In this document: positions 25,491-38,418 of the stretch, one piece after another
How the letters are laid out: each line of letters begins with the position of its first letter
Position numbering within the stretch: position 1 is the first letter of the stretch
From: Octopus vulgaris
Lineage: Eukaryota
Assembly (NCBI GenBank): GCA_951406725.2
Contig: OX597829.1
Location: 40,424,001 to 40,488,000 of the forward strand
Length of the DNA: 64,000 nucleotides
Direction of reading: 5' to 3'
Notes under the pieces: generated by a model
What the model was told of the DNA's origin: nothing
Database searches by the model: none
The model's input: the letters and a program-made list of their open reading frames with translations, nothing else
Made by a program: the position numbers and the translations under genes

Positions 25491-26184
25491 CAAATATATA
25501 TATACATGCACACACACACACACACACACACAAGTTTGTGAGTGTGTATTTATTTAAAATTAAATAGAACACTCATCGTGAAAACTTAACTAAAGGGATA
25601 ACATTGGTGGTGGTGGTGGTGGTGGTGATGGTGGTGGTGAAGAAAGCGGAAGAAGTAAAGAGAGAGAGGGAGGGAGAGAGGAGGAGGAGGAGGAGTAAGT
25701 ATAAAGATGTGATGGGATGAGGAAAAGAGGCACAAACTAGGAACACAACCACCACCGACAACAACAACAACTACAACAACAGAAACAGAAGCAAAGGCAG
25801 AAGAGTTAGGAAATAATGGAAAGCGCGAAAAAGAGGAGGAGAGAGAGAGAGTAAACAAAAGAAACCAACAGAAAGAGTGAGAGCAGGAGTAAGAGAGATA
25901 AAGAAAGAATAGAGAAATGTTTTCAAATCTAAATTCAGACATCTTCATTATAGTAAAGCAGTGGAATCTATTGGAATTAGTGATGGTCTGTTGTCAGCAA
26001 ATAGTAAATAGATTTAAGGAAAAAAAAAATATATATATATATATATAGGATAATTATTTATAATTTATGTTTTTATTTTAACTTCTCTACTTCTGATTCA
26101 GGAATGGATTAACCCTTTCAGAATCAACCCACCCGAGATTACATTCTTGTTTTAAAGTGTTTGCATGTTTAAATCCAGGTGTGT

Positions 26185-26328
26185 CTCTGTGTGGGTTAGA
26201 AGTTTGCTTCCAAACCACAATGGCTCCAGGTTCAGTCCTACTGCAAAGCACCTTGGCACCTTGACCAATTGTCTGCTATTGTTGTCCCAGGCCAGCCAAA
26301 GCCTTGTGACTGGATTTGGTAGGCAGAA
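26185..26328 (+). mobile_element. SINE family A 5' half
   Basis: Homology; interrupted by SINE C. Confidence 0.8.
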
Positions 26329-26329
26329 A

Positions 26330-26743
26330 GGCAGCAAGCTGGCAGAAACGTTAGCACACCGAGTGAAATACTTAGTGGTATTTCGTCTGCTGTTACGTTC
26401 TGAGTTCAAATTCTGCCAAGGTTGACTTTGCCTTTCATCTTTTCGGGGTCGATAAATTAAGTACCAGTTATGCACTGGAGTCGATGTAATCGACTTAATC
26501 CATTTGTCTGTCCTTGTTTGTCCCTTCTATGTTTAGCCCCTTGTGGGTAGTAAAGAAATAGGTATTTCATCTGCCGCTACGTTCTGAGTTCAAATTCTGC
26601 CAAGGTCGACTTTGCCTTTCATCTTTTCGGGGTCGATAAATTAAGTACCAGTTACGCACTGGGGTCGATGTAATCAACTTAATCCATTTGTCTGTTCTTG
26701 TTTGTCCCTTCTATGTTTAGCCCCTTGTGGGCAATAAAGAAAT
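26330..26743 (+). mobile_element. SINE family C tandem (one head, two bodies)
   Basis: Junction aaagaaata|ggtatttc at 26560. Confidence 0.9.
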
Positions 26744-27299
26744 AAGAAGTTTGTGTGAGTGTGTGCATGCGTGCGTGCATGCGTGTGTGTGTCGTGCATG
26801 ATAGTCGTAAATGAGTCTCACTGTCATACAAGCAGTGTTGTTCATTTCCAGTACAGTGCAAGAACATGTCTAGCCATGAGGGAAATATTACTTCGGAAAA
26901 CAAGGGTTGGCAACAGGAAAAGCACCAGGCATGAGAAAGTGGATGGTAAATTGATGATGATGAAGAATCTTCTATTATGATGTTGTGCAAGAATTTTTTT
27001 TTGTTACGTTGTGCTCCTTGATATCCAGGCAAATCGATATGTCATTTTAGGGAATAAATCCCAAGGTTGCTTGTTCAAGAGAACATGGTAAAAACCACTT
27101 AAAGTAAAATACTTGGAACTGTTGATATGGAGTCAGTTGTGTTTACATACTTTATGAAAATGGTGAGCCTAACAAAAGATGCTTTGTTGTGTTTAAGAAT
27201 TCATAAATGAGAGAAAATGCCTAAAATGTCTTTTCGTTGTACTTGGTGTTTGAATAGAATGTGTAAGTTATTTTAACAAAATCCATCCAACTTCTTATC

Positions 27300-27542
27300 T
27301 TTCATTCTTTTACTTGTCTTAGTCAGTGGACTGTGGCCATGCTGGAGCACCACCTTGCAGGGTTAGTCAAATAACTAGACACCAGGGGTTTTTTTTTGTT
27401 TTTTTTTAAAGCCTGGTATTTATTCTATCACCCTTGTTTTACCAAACCGCTAAGTTATGGGGAACATAAACAAACTAACACTGTCTGTCGAGTAGTGGTG
27501 GAGAACAAACACATACACAAAGACATACACAAACACACACAC

Positions 27543-27581
<39 letters not shown>

Positions 27582-27640
27582 CATGGACATCTTTCAGTTC
27601 TTATCTACCACATTCATTCATAAGGCTTTAGTCAGCTTAA
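27300..27640 (-). mobile_element. SINE family A, diverged
   Basis: Homology. Confidence 0.8.
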
Positions 27641-27685
27641 TGCTATGCTAAAAACCTATAAAAATAAACTGAAATAAACTATACA

Positions 27686-27686
<1 letters not shown>

Positions 27687-27764
<78 letters not shown>

Positions 27765-27781
27765 GCGCACGCACGCGCGCG

Positions 27782-27840
<59 letters not shown>
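27687..27840. repeat. (CA)n-(CACG)n-(CG)n-(CA)n alternating purine-pyrimidine tract
   Basis: Direct reading. Confidence 0.95.
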
Positions 27841-27842
<2 letters not shown>

Positions 27843-27914
27843 TGTGTAGTGTCTTCAGAAAATCTTCTGCAAAAGAATTAAAGCAGCATTGAAGAATTAC
27901 ACTTCCTTGTATTC

Positions 27915-28062
27915 CATGGTTCCCAACCTTTTCACTACCAAGGACTCCTTTTATTTAAATGAGTTTTCCCATGGACCCCAGAATATTGAAAGGTCTGTCA
28001 TCTTAACATGTTCACAGACACCACCAGTACTACTTTTGCAGACCACAGTTTGGGAACCACTG
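27915..28062. mobile_element. hAT-type MITE, degenerate
   Basis: tggttcccaac ... gtttgggaaccactg TIRs. Confidence 0.65.
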
Positions 28063-28335
28063 TTCTGTTGCATTATTTATATTCTTCACAAGGGCAATGT
28101 GTTGTTGGTTGAGTCCATAAAGCATCGGACAAAAATATTTTGCAATATTTGTGCCAGCCCTTTAAGATGGCAGGCTGGCAGAATTGTTATCACACCAGCT
28201 GGAATGCCTCATGGCATTTCATCCATCTTTACATTTTGAGATCTAATTCCACTGAGGTTGACTTTGCCTTTCATCTTTTGGGGGGCCAATAAAATAAGTA
28301 CCTATTGTGTGTTGGTGGTCAATGTAATTGACCTA

Positions 28336-28988
28336 AACCCTTTCGTTACTGTATTTATTTTGAGATGCTCTTTGTTTCTTTCAATTAAATTTAAAATATA
28401 ACGAAGAATTTAGTAAAAGAACTTAGTGTTAGGAACATAAATTGCGACTAAGGTTTGGTAGAAGATTTTAATTCAAAACTTATGGAAACAAGACATTTGT
28501 ACTCAGAACCAGATTCAGCCAGGTTAGTATAAAAAGGGTTCAGAATTATTTTTCTATTATATATTTTAACCCTTTCGTTAAATATAATAAAGTAAAATAA
28601 CTTAGTTATCATTCAGCTAGTGTTAGGAACAGAAATTGTGACTAAGGTTTGGTGGAAGATTTTAATTCAAAACTTATGGAAACAAGACATTTGTACTCAG
28701 AACCAGTTTCAGCCAGGTTAGTATCAAAAGGGTTAAGAATTGTTTCTCTATTATATATTTAAACCCTTTTGTTACTGTATTTATTTTGAGATGCTCTGTG
28801 TTTCTTTCAATCAAGTTTAAATATAACAAAGAATTTAGTAAAATAACTTCGTTATCATTAAGCTAGTGTTAGGAACAGAAATTGTGAGTAAGGTTTGGTG
28901 GAAGATTTTAATTCAAAACTTATGAAAGCAAAACATTTGTAATCAAAGCCAGAGACGGTTTCAGCCGGGTTAGTAAAGAAATGGTTAA
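28336..28988. mobile_element. Three tandem piggyBac-type MITE copies
   Basis: Units at about 28336-28541, 28567-28735 and 28760-28988; (t)aaccctttcgtta ... aaagggttaa. Confidence 0.85.
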
Positions 28989-29670
28989 GACAGTCCCCTG
29001 GAATTGCTGGCCAACTTTGCCATTTTTATCCTTTTAGGCTAGATAAAAGAAAGTACCAATCAGGAAGTGGAGTTCATTTAACAGACTTTTTTTTGTTCCT
29101 CTAATATTTTGAGGCCCTCGTTATGGTCATGTTAGAAATAGTTATTAGTTTTAGTTGAAGGTGGCAGTGGTGGTGATGAAAATGAAGAAGACCAAAATCC
29201 ATAATAGAGCGATGCCATCAAGTGTAGGAAAATAAAAGCCTTGTTAAAACTTCATAATACTGGTTGTTTATTCCCAACAAGCCAGCCTTGCTCCAGTAGC
29301 AGTAGCAACATACTATGATGAAAATTTTTAACTGGGAAAAATATCCATCTTTTGTTTTAAGACAAAGTATATAGGAGGGCTGCCTCCTATATACCCACCT
29401 TTCCATTCCTTTTTTTTGTTTGTTTAAGGAAAAAAATGTTTGATTTGATGAATATTTGGCTGTTATTTCTAGTAGGTCAAGTGACCACTATAAAGGCTTC
29501 TTTGTTAGCTGGATTATACTTAAAGTTCCTCTTAAGTCTACACACACACACACACACACTCACACAGGAGCTCCAGAGAGGTAGGGCTGTGAAGAAAAGG
29601 AGTGGTTTTGTGCAAAATATAAGCTGTTTTTGGCTGAAGAGACAGAAGTACAATTGATGCTGGTGATATA

Positions 29671-29707
<37 letters not shown>

Positions 29708-30326
29708 ACACATACACACACACACGTACACACACACACACACACACACACACTCAGACATACATGCATACATACATTGAGATATACATACACATATAAA
29801 CAGCTTTAGATAGAGAGATAGGGTGGTAGGAATCAGTTTAGAACTGGTGAGAGGGTAATTTTGACTGGACAAAAGTACTACAGGACAGGTCACCAAATGA
29901 CGTTACCTTGAAACCCTGTATATTTCTTCCCAAATCTGTCTCTGTCAAACTCTCAACTTTGACCAGTTTGAAATATTTTCAAGAGAAAGTTTACGATTCT
30001 GGTTGTGGATAAAGAAGACTGTGGGAACAAATTTAGCAGTTTTTGGCAAAAAAATGTACCCTTTTGCCATGTTATGACAAAAAGTTAGTGAAATATTTAA
30101 AATGTTTACAGTTGGATAGATAGACAAATATAACAAAATAATTTGACAAAAAAATATGAATTTTTAATTATTTTCTGAGATTTTACAAAAACAACAAAGG
30201 TATTATTTAAAAAAAATATTAGGTGTATGGCTAAAAGATAAGGTGGAGCAGAAGGTTAGGGAATTTTTGGATATACAAGCAATATTGCATAGTAGAGTAG
30301 ATCTGAAATAATGGTAATGGTGATGG

Positions 30327-30547
30327 TGGCAGAAACGTTAGCACGCCGGGCGAAATCCTTAGCGGTATTTCGTCTGCCGCTACGTTCTGAGTTCAAATTC
30401 CGCCGAGGTCGACTTTGCCTTTCATCCTTTCGGGGTCGATAAATTAAGTACCAGTTACGCACTGGGGTCGATGGAATCGACTTAATACCTATGTCTGTCC
30501 TTGTTTGTCCTCTCTATGTTTAGCCCCTTGTGGGTAATAAAGAAATA
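30327..30547 (+). mobile_element. SINE family C, young copy
   Basis: TSD ggtaatggtgatggtggcag on both sides (overlapping the 5' end). Confidence 0.92.
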
Positions 30548-30912
30548 GGTAATGGTGATGGTGGCAGTGGTTCTTGGCAACTATCATTGCCATCATCAAT
30601 GTCATTCTATCATGCATTTTTCTTTCCCTCCCATGTTGCCAAAGATTGGATTGGCCCCCACCCCATGTAGAAATAGCATATTTCATCACTCATCTCCGTT
30701 TTGTGGCATCTCGGATATCATTGTCTTGTCTCATTTTCTGACATTATTTTCTCTGTAATTCACATTCATAAGACATGTTAGTGTAGACTTGACTCTGAGC
30801 TCCAGCCATTCCAGACCTCGTATCGCTAAATTGTACATCTGAATCTTCCTCTTCTGTCACTGGTACCTTGCTCTTTTATCACACACTATGTTTTTCATAT
30901 ATCAACCTTTAA

Positions 30913-31450
30913 GTGAGGGCACAATGGCCCAGCGGTTAGGGCTCACGGACTCGCGGTCATAGGATCGCAGTTTCGATTCCCAGACCAGGTGTTGTGAGTG
31001 TTTATTGCTCCGGCAGGGAATGGTGGCAAACCCTGCTGTACTCTTTCACCACAACTTTCCCTCACTCTTACTCTTACACAATGGCCCAGTGGTTAGGGCA
31101 GCGGAAGCGCGGTCGTAGGATCGCGGTTTCGATTCCCAGACCAAACGTTGTGAGTATTTATTAAGCAGAAAAACACCTAAAGCTCCACAAGGCTCCACGA
31201 GGCTCCGGCAGGGAATGGTGGCAAACCCTGCTGTACTCTTTCTCCACAACTTTCTCTCACTCTTACTTCCTGTTTCTGTTGTGCCTGTAATTCAAAGGGA
31301 CCAGCCTTGTCACACTCTGAATCTCCCTAAGAACTACGTTAAGGGTACACGTGTCTGTGGAGTGCTCAGCCATATGCTCATTAATTTCACGAGCAGGCTG
31401 TTCTGTTGATCGGATCAGCTGGAACCCTTGTCGTCGTAACCGACGGAGTG
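30913..31450 (+). mobile_element. SINE family B, partial plus full tandem
   Basis: Two tRNA-like heads at 30913 and 31078. Confidence 0.88.
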
Positions 31451-31677
31451 CCAACAACTCTTTGAAATGGCAGTGTGGTTGAGATGTTTGCTTCACACCT
31501 GCATGGTTACAGGTTTCTATTCCACTCTGTGACACCATGAGCCAGTGTCTTCTGCTCAAGTTGATAGTTAAGTGGAATTTCTCGTAAAGGATTTTTTTAG
31601 CAAGATTATACTTAGTTTCCATTCTAATTCCTTGTGAATAGATTTGATAGACAGAAACTGAAATAAGCCTGTCATAT

Positions 31678-32062
31678 TCTTTTTACTTGTTTCAGTCATT
31701 TGACTGCAGCCATGCTGGAGCACCGCCTTTAGTTGAGCAAATCGACCCCCAGGACTTATTCTTTGTAAGCCTAGTACTTATTCTATTGGTTTCTTTTGCC
31801 GAACCGCTAAGTTACGGAAATGCAAACACACCAGCATCGGTTGTCAAGCGATGTTGGGGGGACAAACACAGACACACAAACACCCACACATATATACATA
31901 TATACGACGGGCTTCGTTCAGTTTCCATCTACCAAATCCACTCACAAGGTTTTGGTTGGCCCGAGGCTATAGTAGAAGACACTTGCCCAAGATGCCACGC
32001 AGTGGGACTGAACCCGGAACCATGTGGCTGGTAAGCAAGCTACTTACCACACAGCCACTCCT
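31678..32062 (-). mobile_element. SINE family A, young full copy (degenerate + copy at 31470-31672)
   Basis: High identity to 1985-2376. Confidence 0.92.
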
Positions 32063-32542
32063 GTGCCTCATATATTCGCTCATATGTGTGTGTTTGAGTG
32101 TGTTACTGTGTCCTTGTGTGATAGTTGTAAATGAGTATCATCATGAAAGCGGCGACTTTGTCTGAAGGAAAATATCGCCTTACTCAGAAATAGGTGAAGG
32201 TTGGCGACAGGAATGCTGTCAGACCTTACAAAAATCTGCCTCAACAAACTCCATCTGACCCATGCGAGCATCAAAAAGTGGATATTAAAAAACAATGACT
32301 ATGATGATGATGATGATGATGATAGAGGTAGCGAAAGAGTGGGAGAAAGAAATTGTCCCAATACTTGATTGGTTCTCCCTCAATGAAAGGTAAAAATTGA
32401 CCGTGCGGAAGCTTGTACCTAGAATGCAGGAAACTTAAATACCGTGGCACTACAAACTCGCTACTTTAGTGACCCAACGATGAGGTTCCGCTGACATGGC
32501 TTTGGTCAACCTAAGGCATAGAACATATCTTTGAACAGGTGT

Positions 32543-32876
32543 AGGTGAGTGGTAAGAAGCTTGCTTCCCAACCACCTAGTTTTGGGTTCAGTCCCATTGT
32601 GTGGTACCTTGGGCAAGAGTCTTTTACCAAAGCCTCAGGCAGACTGAAGCCTTGTGAGTGAATTTGGTAGACAGAAACTGATAAGAAGTATGTTTTTATA
32701 TAATATATATATATATATATGTGTGTGTGTCTTTGTCTCTCACCTCCACTTGACAACCTAGCAGTTCAGCAAAACAGATCAATAAAATAAGTACTGCAAT
32801 CAATTCATTCCACTAAAAATTCTTCAAGGTGGTGCCCCAGCATGGCCGCATTCTAGTGTCTGAAAGTAGTAAAAGA
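32543..32876 (+). mobile_element. SINE family A
   Basis: Homology. Confidence 0.82.
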
Positions 32877-33040
32877 TGAAATATAAAAGATATTTTCACA
32901 GAGCTTGTATACCATGCAATGGAACGGAACCCAAACTGCTTACTTGCAAAGGTGAACTTCCTAATCACATTGCCATTCCTTCATCCACAAAGTTGTTAAA
33001 AGTCTTAAAGGGAATATGTCATTACTTGAGGAATGGTAGA

Positions 33041-33074
<34 letters not shown>

Positions 33075-33763
33075 TACTGTTTTACATATGCATTTCTCTT
33101 TCATAGAATATTTCCAATACATCAACGAAATAAAAACTAAAAAGTGTTAGCAAATACAAAGTAAGGTATAACTACTGTCTTTAAAACCGTATGTTGTCTT
33201 TTGACTACATTCTTCCAAGACAAATTGTTGTTTGATTTGCTTTTGACAATTTCTTCTGAAATAAAATAACATACTTTGAAGAATATAAATTCCTTTGTTG
33301 TTTTAGATAAGTGATTCTCAAATGGTGCATTCTGCTGCAACACAAGGGAGGGGTATCTAGGTGCACCATGTTTTTTCTTCTTTTTTTTTTTAAATATAAA
33401 GTGTTAGAAAATCCATATCAATTCTTAAGAATTTTGAAAAAGAAAAAACATGAGATTCATAATTTTATTATATATATATATATTTATGATTACTAAAAAC
33501 AAGGGAAGCAATTGTCAGTTTTTCTTTTTTTCTTTTTTTTACCCAGTTTCAGAATTTCTATTTTAAAACATAGTTTTGGGTTTAACTTTCTCTCATGGAA
33601 AGTGTGAGTAACATTTTTTTCCCAGATTCTTAAGTGGCTTTGCACTTTCAAAGATGTGTGCAGTAAGAAATCTCTTACTTGAAAAGCAGGTAATGGTTAG
33701 TGACAGAAAGAGCATCCATCTATGAAATAATGCCTTAATGTGCAGTCATCTAATTCATGTTAA

Positions 33764-34285
33764 GTGGAGGCGCAATGGCCCAGTGGTTAGGGCAGCGGAC
33801 TCACGGTCGTAGGATCACGGTTTCGTTTCCCAGACCGGGAATTGTGAGTGTTTATTGAGCGAAAACACCTAAAGCTCCACGAGGCTCCAGCAGGGCGGGG
33901 GGGGGGGGGGTGAACCCTGCTGTACTCTTTCACCACAAATTTCTCTCACTCTTTCTTCCTAGTTCTGTTGTACCTGTATTTCAAAGGGCCAGCCTTGTCA
34001 CATTGTGTCACGCTGAATCTCCCCGAGAACTACGTCAAGAGTACACGTGTCTGTGGAGTGCTCAGTCACTTGCACGTTAATAAATTAGCTGGGACGTCAC
34101 AGGTGCCAAGCTGTATCGGCCTTTGCCTTTCCCTTTGATAACATCGGTGGCATGGAGAGGGGAGGCCAGTATGCATGGGCGAATGCTAGTCTTCCATAAA
34201 CAACCTTGCCCAGACTTCTACCTCGGAGGGTAACTTTCTAGGTGCAATCTCACGGTCATTCATGATCGAAGGGGGGGGGGTCACA
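33764..34285 (+). mobile_element. SINE family B joined to a different repeat fragment (34085-34285)
   Basis: B homology ends at cacgttaat; GC-richer block follows. Confidence 0.8.
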
Positions 34286-34516
34286 ACAATTCATGTTATC
34301 ATGGAAAAACAAGCTTAAAACAAATGGATTCTTCTGTCCCAACAATTTATTTAATGTACACAAAGCAGAAAAAAAATGACATTTATTTCAATGCAAGCAA
34401 AAGCACTAAACTACTTTACCATTCATCTCAAATGGTCAGCATTCCATCCTCCAACCATTATATTATAGTTCACCTGGCAATTGGATCCACATTTTGACTT
34501 TGTACTTCATAGACAC

Positions 34517-35250
34517 GGGCATGGCTGTGTGGTAAGAAGTTTGCTTCCCAACCACATCACTCTAGGCTCAATCCCACTGCATGGCACCTTGGGCAAGTGT
34601 CTTACACTATAGCCCCAAGTCAGCCAACCAAAGCCTTGTGAGTGGATTTAGAAGGTGGAAATTGAAGTAAGCTCACCATGTGTGAGTGTGTGTGTTTGTG
34701 TTTGTCCACCAACCACTGTTTGACTAGCGGTGTTGTTGTGTTTGCATCCTGTGACTTAGTGGTTCAGTAAAAAAGACCAATATAATAAGTATCAGACTTG
34801 AAAAAAAATATTTCGGTTTGGGATTTGGTTTGCACGATTCTTTATGAGTTTGTGTGTTGAAGCATATTCTCTTATGTCTGGGGAGAGTCGTTTTATTTTT
34901 TTTGCCTTATTATGTAACACACTCACCGGTAAAATTTCCACTTTTTCTCTTATTTTTATTTTCCTAAAATTTTCATTGTGTCTTGCGACCTTTTCAATAG
35001 TTTTGAGTCAAGACTATTGCAAAGGTTGCAAGACACAACGAAAATTTTAGGACAATAAAAATAAGAAAAAAAAATGGAAATGTTACTGGTGAGTGTGTTA
35101 CATAATAAGGCACAAAAAGAAAATGACTCTCGCCAGACACAATTGAAAAAAAAACTTAAGCAAACATGATTTGCTCAACTAAAATTCTTCAAGGTGGTGA
35201 GGCAGTGCCCCTGTATGGCTACAGTCTAATAGTTGAAACAAGTAAAAGCT
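34517..35250 (+). mobile_element. SINE family A split by a foldback insert
   Basis: Homology at 34517-34800 and 35160-35250. Confidence 0.8.
34872..35142. repeat. ~270-bp foldback (inverted repeat centred at 35007) with a hammerhead-like motif in each arm
   Basis: Arms are reverse complements, e.g. gccttattatgtaacacactcacc / ggtgagtgtgttacataataaggc. Confidence 0.9.
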
Positions 35251-36007
35251 GTAAGAGACCCAGAGGTAAGTGATGAACGTTGCAATAGAGGCAATTTCTC
35301 AGTGATTACACCAAGCAACGGCAACCACAGCCAGATGGATGCCATTGTTGGTTGTAGCTGGTGTGATAGAATGTCTGCAATGAAGACAATGACATCTGAT
35401 ATTCAAGCATTAAAGTTGTCAGAACATTATGGTTAAGCAACTGATGAAATCTGATTGTTTCAAGTCTGCAGAGTCCTTTTGGGATTCTTATTTATTGCCA
35501 AGCCTGTTCTGTAAGTACTTCTTCCATCAGTGTGTGCGTGTGCATGTGTGTGCGTGTATGAGAGAGAGAGAGAGAGAGAGAGCTGGAACCTATGCAGATG
35601 GGATTCTAGGTGGAACAATTGACATCGGTCACCTTATTTTTCAGGAAATCTCGTGCCAGTTACAATCAAAGAAAGGTTCTTTTGATAAAGAATTACATTT
35701 TCTTATATTAATTGTTCCAGTTTTTTAGCCAATTTCTTTCTGACTTGTTCTGTCATGTATATTTAGATATGTTTGCCTGTAACCCCGTACATAAATTGTG
35801 TGTTTTTAGCTCCGAGTACCAAAATTTTTGGCATGTAGTTTAAAATAAAGAGCCTAAATTTCGCATTTGACCTGGACTTATTACCATTTTTATGAGGGTC
35901 TGTGTGTAAGAAATGAGTTTGAGTATTTTGTTTTTCACTTGCTTCTATGAATGTACACATGTATATATTTGTGTGTGTGTGTGTGTGTGTGTGTGCATGT
36001 GTGTGTT

Positions 36008-36637
36008 CTTTTACTCATTTACTTGTTTTAGTTATATGGCTGCAGCCGTGATAGAGCACCACCCTAAAGGGTTTTAGTCAAAGAAATCGACCCCGGGATT
36101 TATTCTTTGTTAGCCTAGTACTTATTATATTGTTAGGGCATAAACACACAAGCATTGGTTGTCAACTGAAGGCAGGGAGACAAACACACACAGACATACA
36201 TAGCTCAATTAAAGGTTACATACCTCATTAAGGGATAATAAAATCCAATGAATTGATTGGTTTATTATCTATTTTTAATATTGAATGATATATTTAATAT
36301 TCAACAATATGGTAATTAAGTAAACTGAGGTTTATATTTATTTAAGAAAAATAAGAAAATAGAAACAAATGAATTAATAATTATTTATTAATTACAAATT
36401 ATGTCTATTTTTGTAATTAATAAATAATTATTAATTGATCTCTCTCTATTTTCTTATTTTTCTTATATATATATATGACGGGCTTCTTTCAGTTTCTGTC
36501 TACCAAATCCCCTGACAAGGCTTTGGTCGGCCCAAGGTTATAGCAGAAGATACTTGCCCAAGGTGCCACACAATGAGACTGAATCAGGAACTATATGGTT
36601 GCAAAGTAAGCTTCTTACCACACAGCCATGCCTACGC
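36008..36637 (-). mobile_element. SINE family A split by an AT-rich insert (about 36200-36465)
   Basis: Homology on both sides of the insert. Confidence 0.82.
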
Positions 36638-37513
36638 CTATATATATATATATATATATATGCATAGACATGTATATCTATATAAATATGTATGTGTGAG
36701 TGTACATATGTGTTTTTATATATACTCCCACAGTACTGTCCATTGCCTTCGCAACCACTCCCACCAGCAGAAGCATCTCAACCAAAATTACCCCTTCCCC
36801 CCATCGCCTCCATTACCACTCCACATGCATACACTACACCCATAGTGTAGCATGATTCTTACCATTTCTAATAATACAACTACCATTACCTGAAATACCA
36901 GTTTTTGCAGTATTTTCTACAGGACCTGCTATATCCCAACCTACAAGTTTGTGACACTTCTCAAAAAATATACTGTTATTCAGCAATCTTTTTAGTTTAC
37001 AATCACTTGGTCTCTCTCTCTCTCTCTATCTCTCTCTCTCCCTCTCTCCCTATCTTTCTCTCTCTCTCTCTCTCATCATTTTCCTAACAGTGTTTCTCTC
37101 TTTATTCAACTATCATTCAAACATTGCATGTAACTACACAAATTACATTTATATTTCTCACTACGTATGCACACTGACACACACACATGCATATATATAC
37201 ACACACATATATATATATATTGTGCACATACACACACACAGATAGATAGATAGATAGATAGATAGACAGATAGATAGATGGACAGACAGATAGATAGAGA
37301 GATAGATAGATAGATATGTATAATCTTCCAATCTCTCACCACCACTTTCTCTTTCCTCCTACCCTCTTTCCATCTGTACATTAATTTGGGTGTGTTCTTG
37401 CTCCAAATTTACTGCATTGTATGTGTGTGTTTGTACATAAACATATATAATATATAGACATGTTTATATATGTGTGTGTTTACATATATGTATTTGTATC
37501 TGTGTGTGTGCTC

Positions 37514-37555
<42 letters not shown>

Positions 37556-37837
37556 GAATGCGTTCCATTGGTTTTTCAAACTGCTGAGTCCTTCATGACT
37601 CCTGACAGAAAGTCACTTCTTATGGTAACAGACACAATTTGAACTTAGAGAGCTGAGTGAGACATGAAGCAGTCTATCCAACACTCCATTGACTCTTTTG
37701 TTACCTTGAAAATATATATATATATATATATTGGTAAAAACGGTGAGATAACAAAAGAAAGAAAGATACCTCAATATTATGTAAATAGAGGAAATATATA
37801 TATATTGTCCTTACCTTTGAATATATATATATATAAT

Positions 37838-38005
37838 CGTCCTTACCTTCGAAATGCAGAGTAGATGAAACAGGTACAACTGAAGAAGGGGAATTTTCCT
37901 TGTGTTGTATGTCTTGTTTCTCTGTTACTTTTTTTTCATTGTTTGAAAAAATATTCATTTCTGTGTTTTTGTTTTTATGTTTTCGTTTCTCATTGTGTTC
38001 GAACC
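37838..38005 (+). mobile_element. (TA)n-anchored PLE-like short repeat (family H)
   Basis: Homology to 20858-21002. Confidence 0.6.
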
Positions 38006-38418
38006 ATCTGCCAGGTATCATTTCAATACTGATTGGATCTACTTGAGCAAGGATTTCTACTCCTTGGCCAATCCAATTTTGCTGGTCTAGGACAGCGATT
38101 TCTAAGATGTGGATTTCTTCCTCTATATTGTAAAAAATGGCAGGCACAAGCCATTTTATTTGAATCTCTGGGGGCACATCTTTATTTTTTAATTTTTATG
38201 ACCCTACGACCAAGGTATGTAGGGATCATCATTAGGTTTTTGCATTCAAAAGACTTTGTGGAGAGGTCTTTGGCTCAGTCTTCACTGTCGAATCTAACTT
38301 TGATTGTGGTAAATCTTTTTCCTCCATATTCTTTAAAGGCCTATATGGGCCATAGACATTTTCCCACTGTTCCTTGGGAGGAAGTATCGAAAAGTTGTGT
38401 TTTTAAGTTGAGTGTTTT
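38006..38418 (-). pseudogene. Possible LINE ORF1 remnant
   Basis: Broken reading TIKVRFDSED*AKDLSTK...IPTYLGRRVIKIK / DVPPEIQIKWLV; bounded by (TA)n. Confidence 0.35.

Noticed and set aside
33764-33840. tRNA genes at SINE B and SINE A heads
   Set aside because: A/B boxes present but no acceptor stem; they continue into SINE bodies with TSDs
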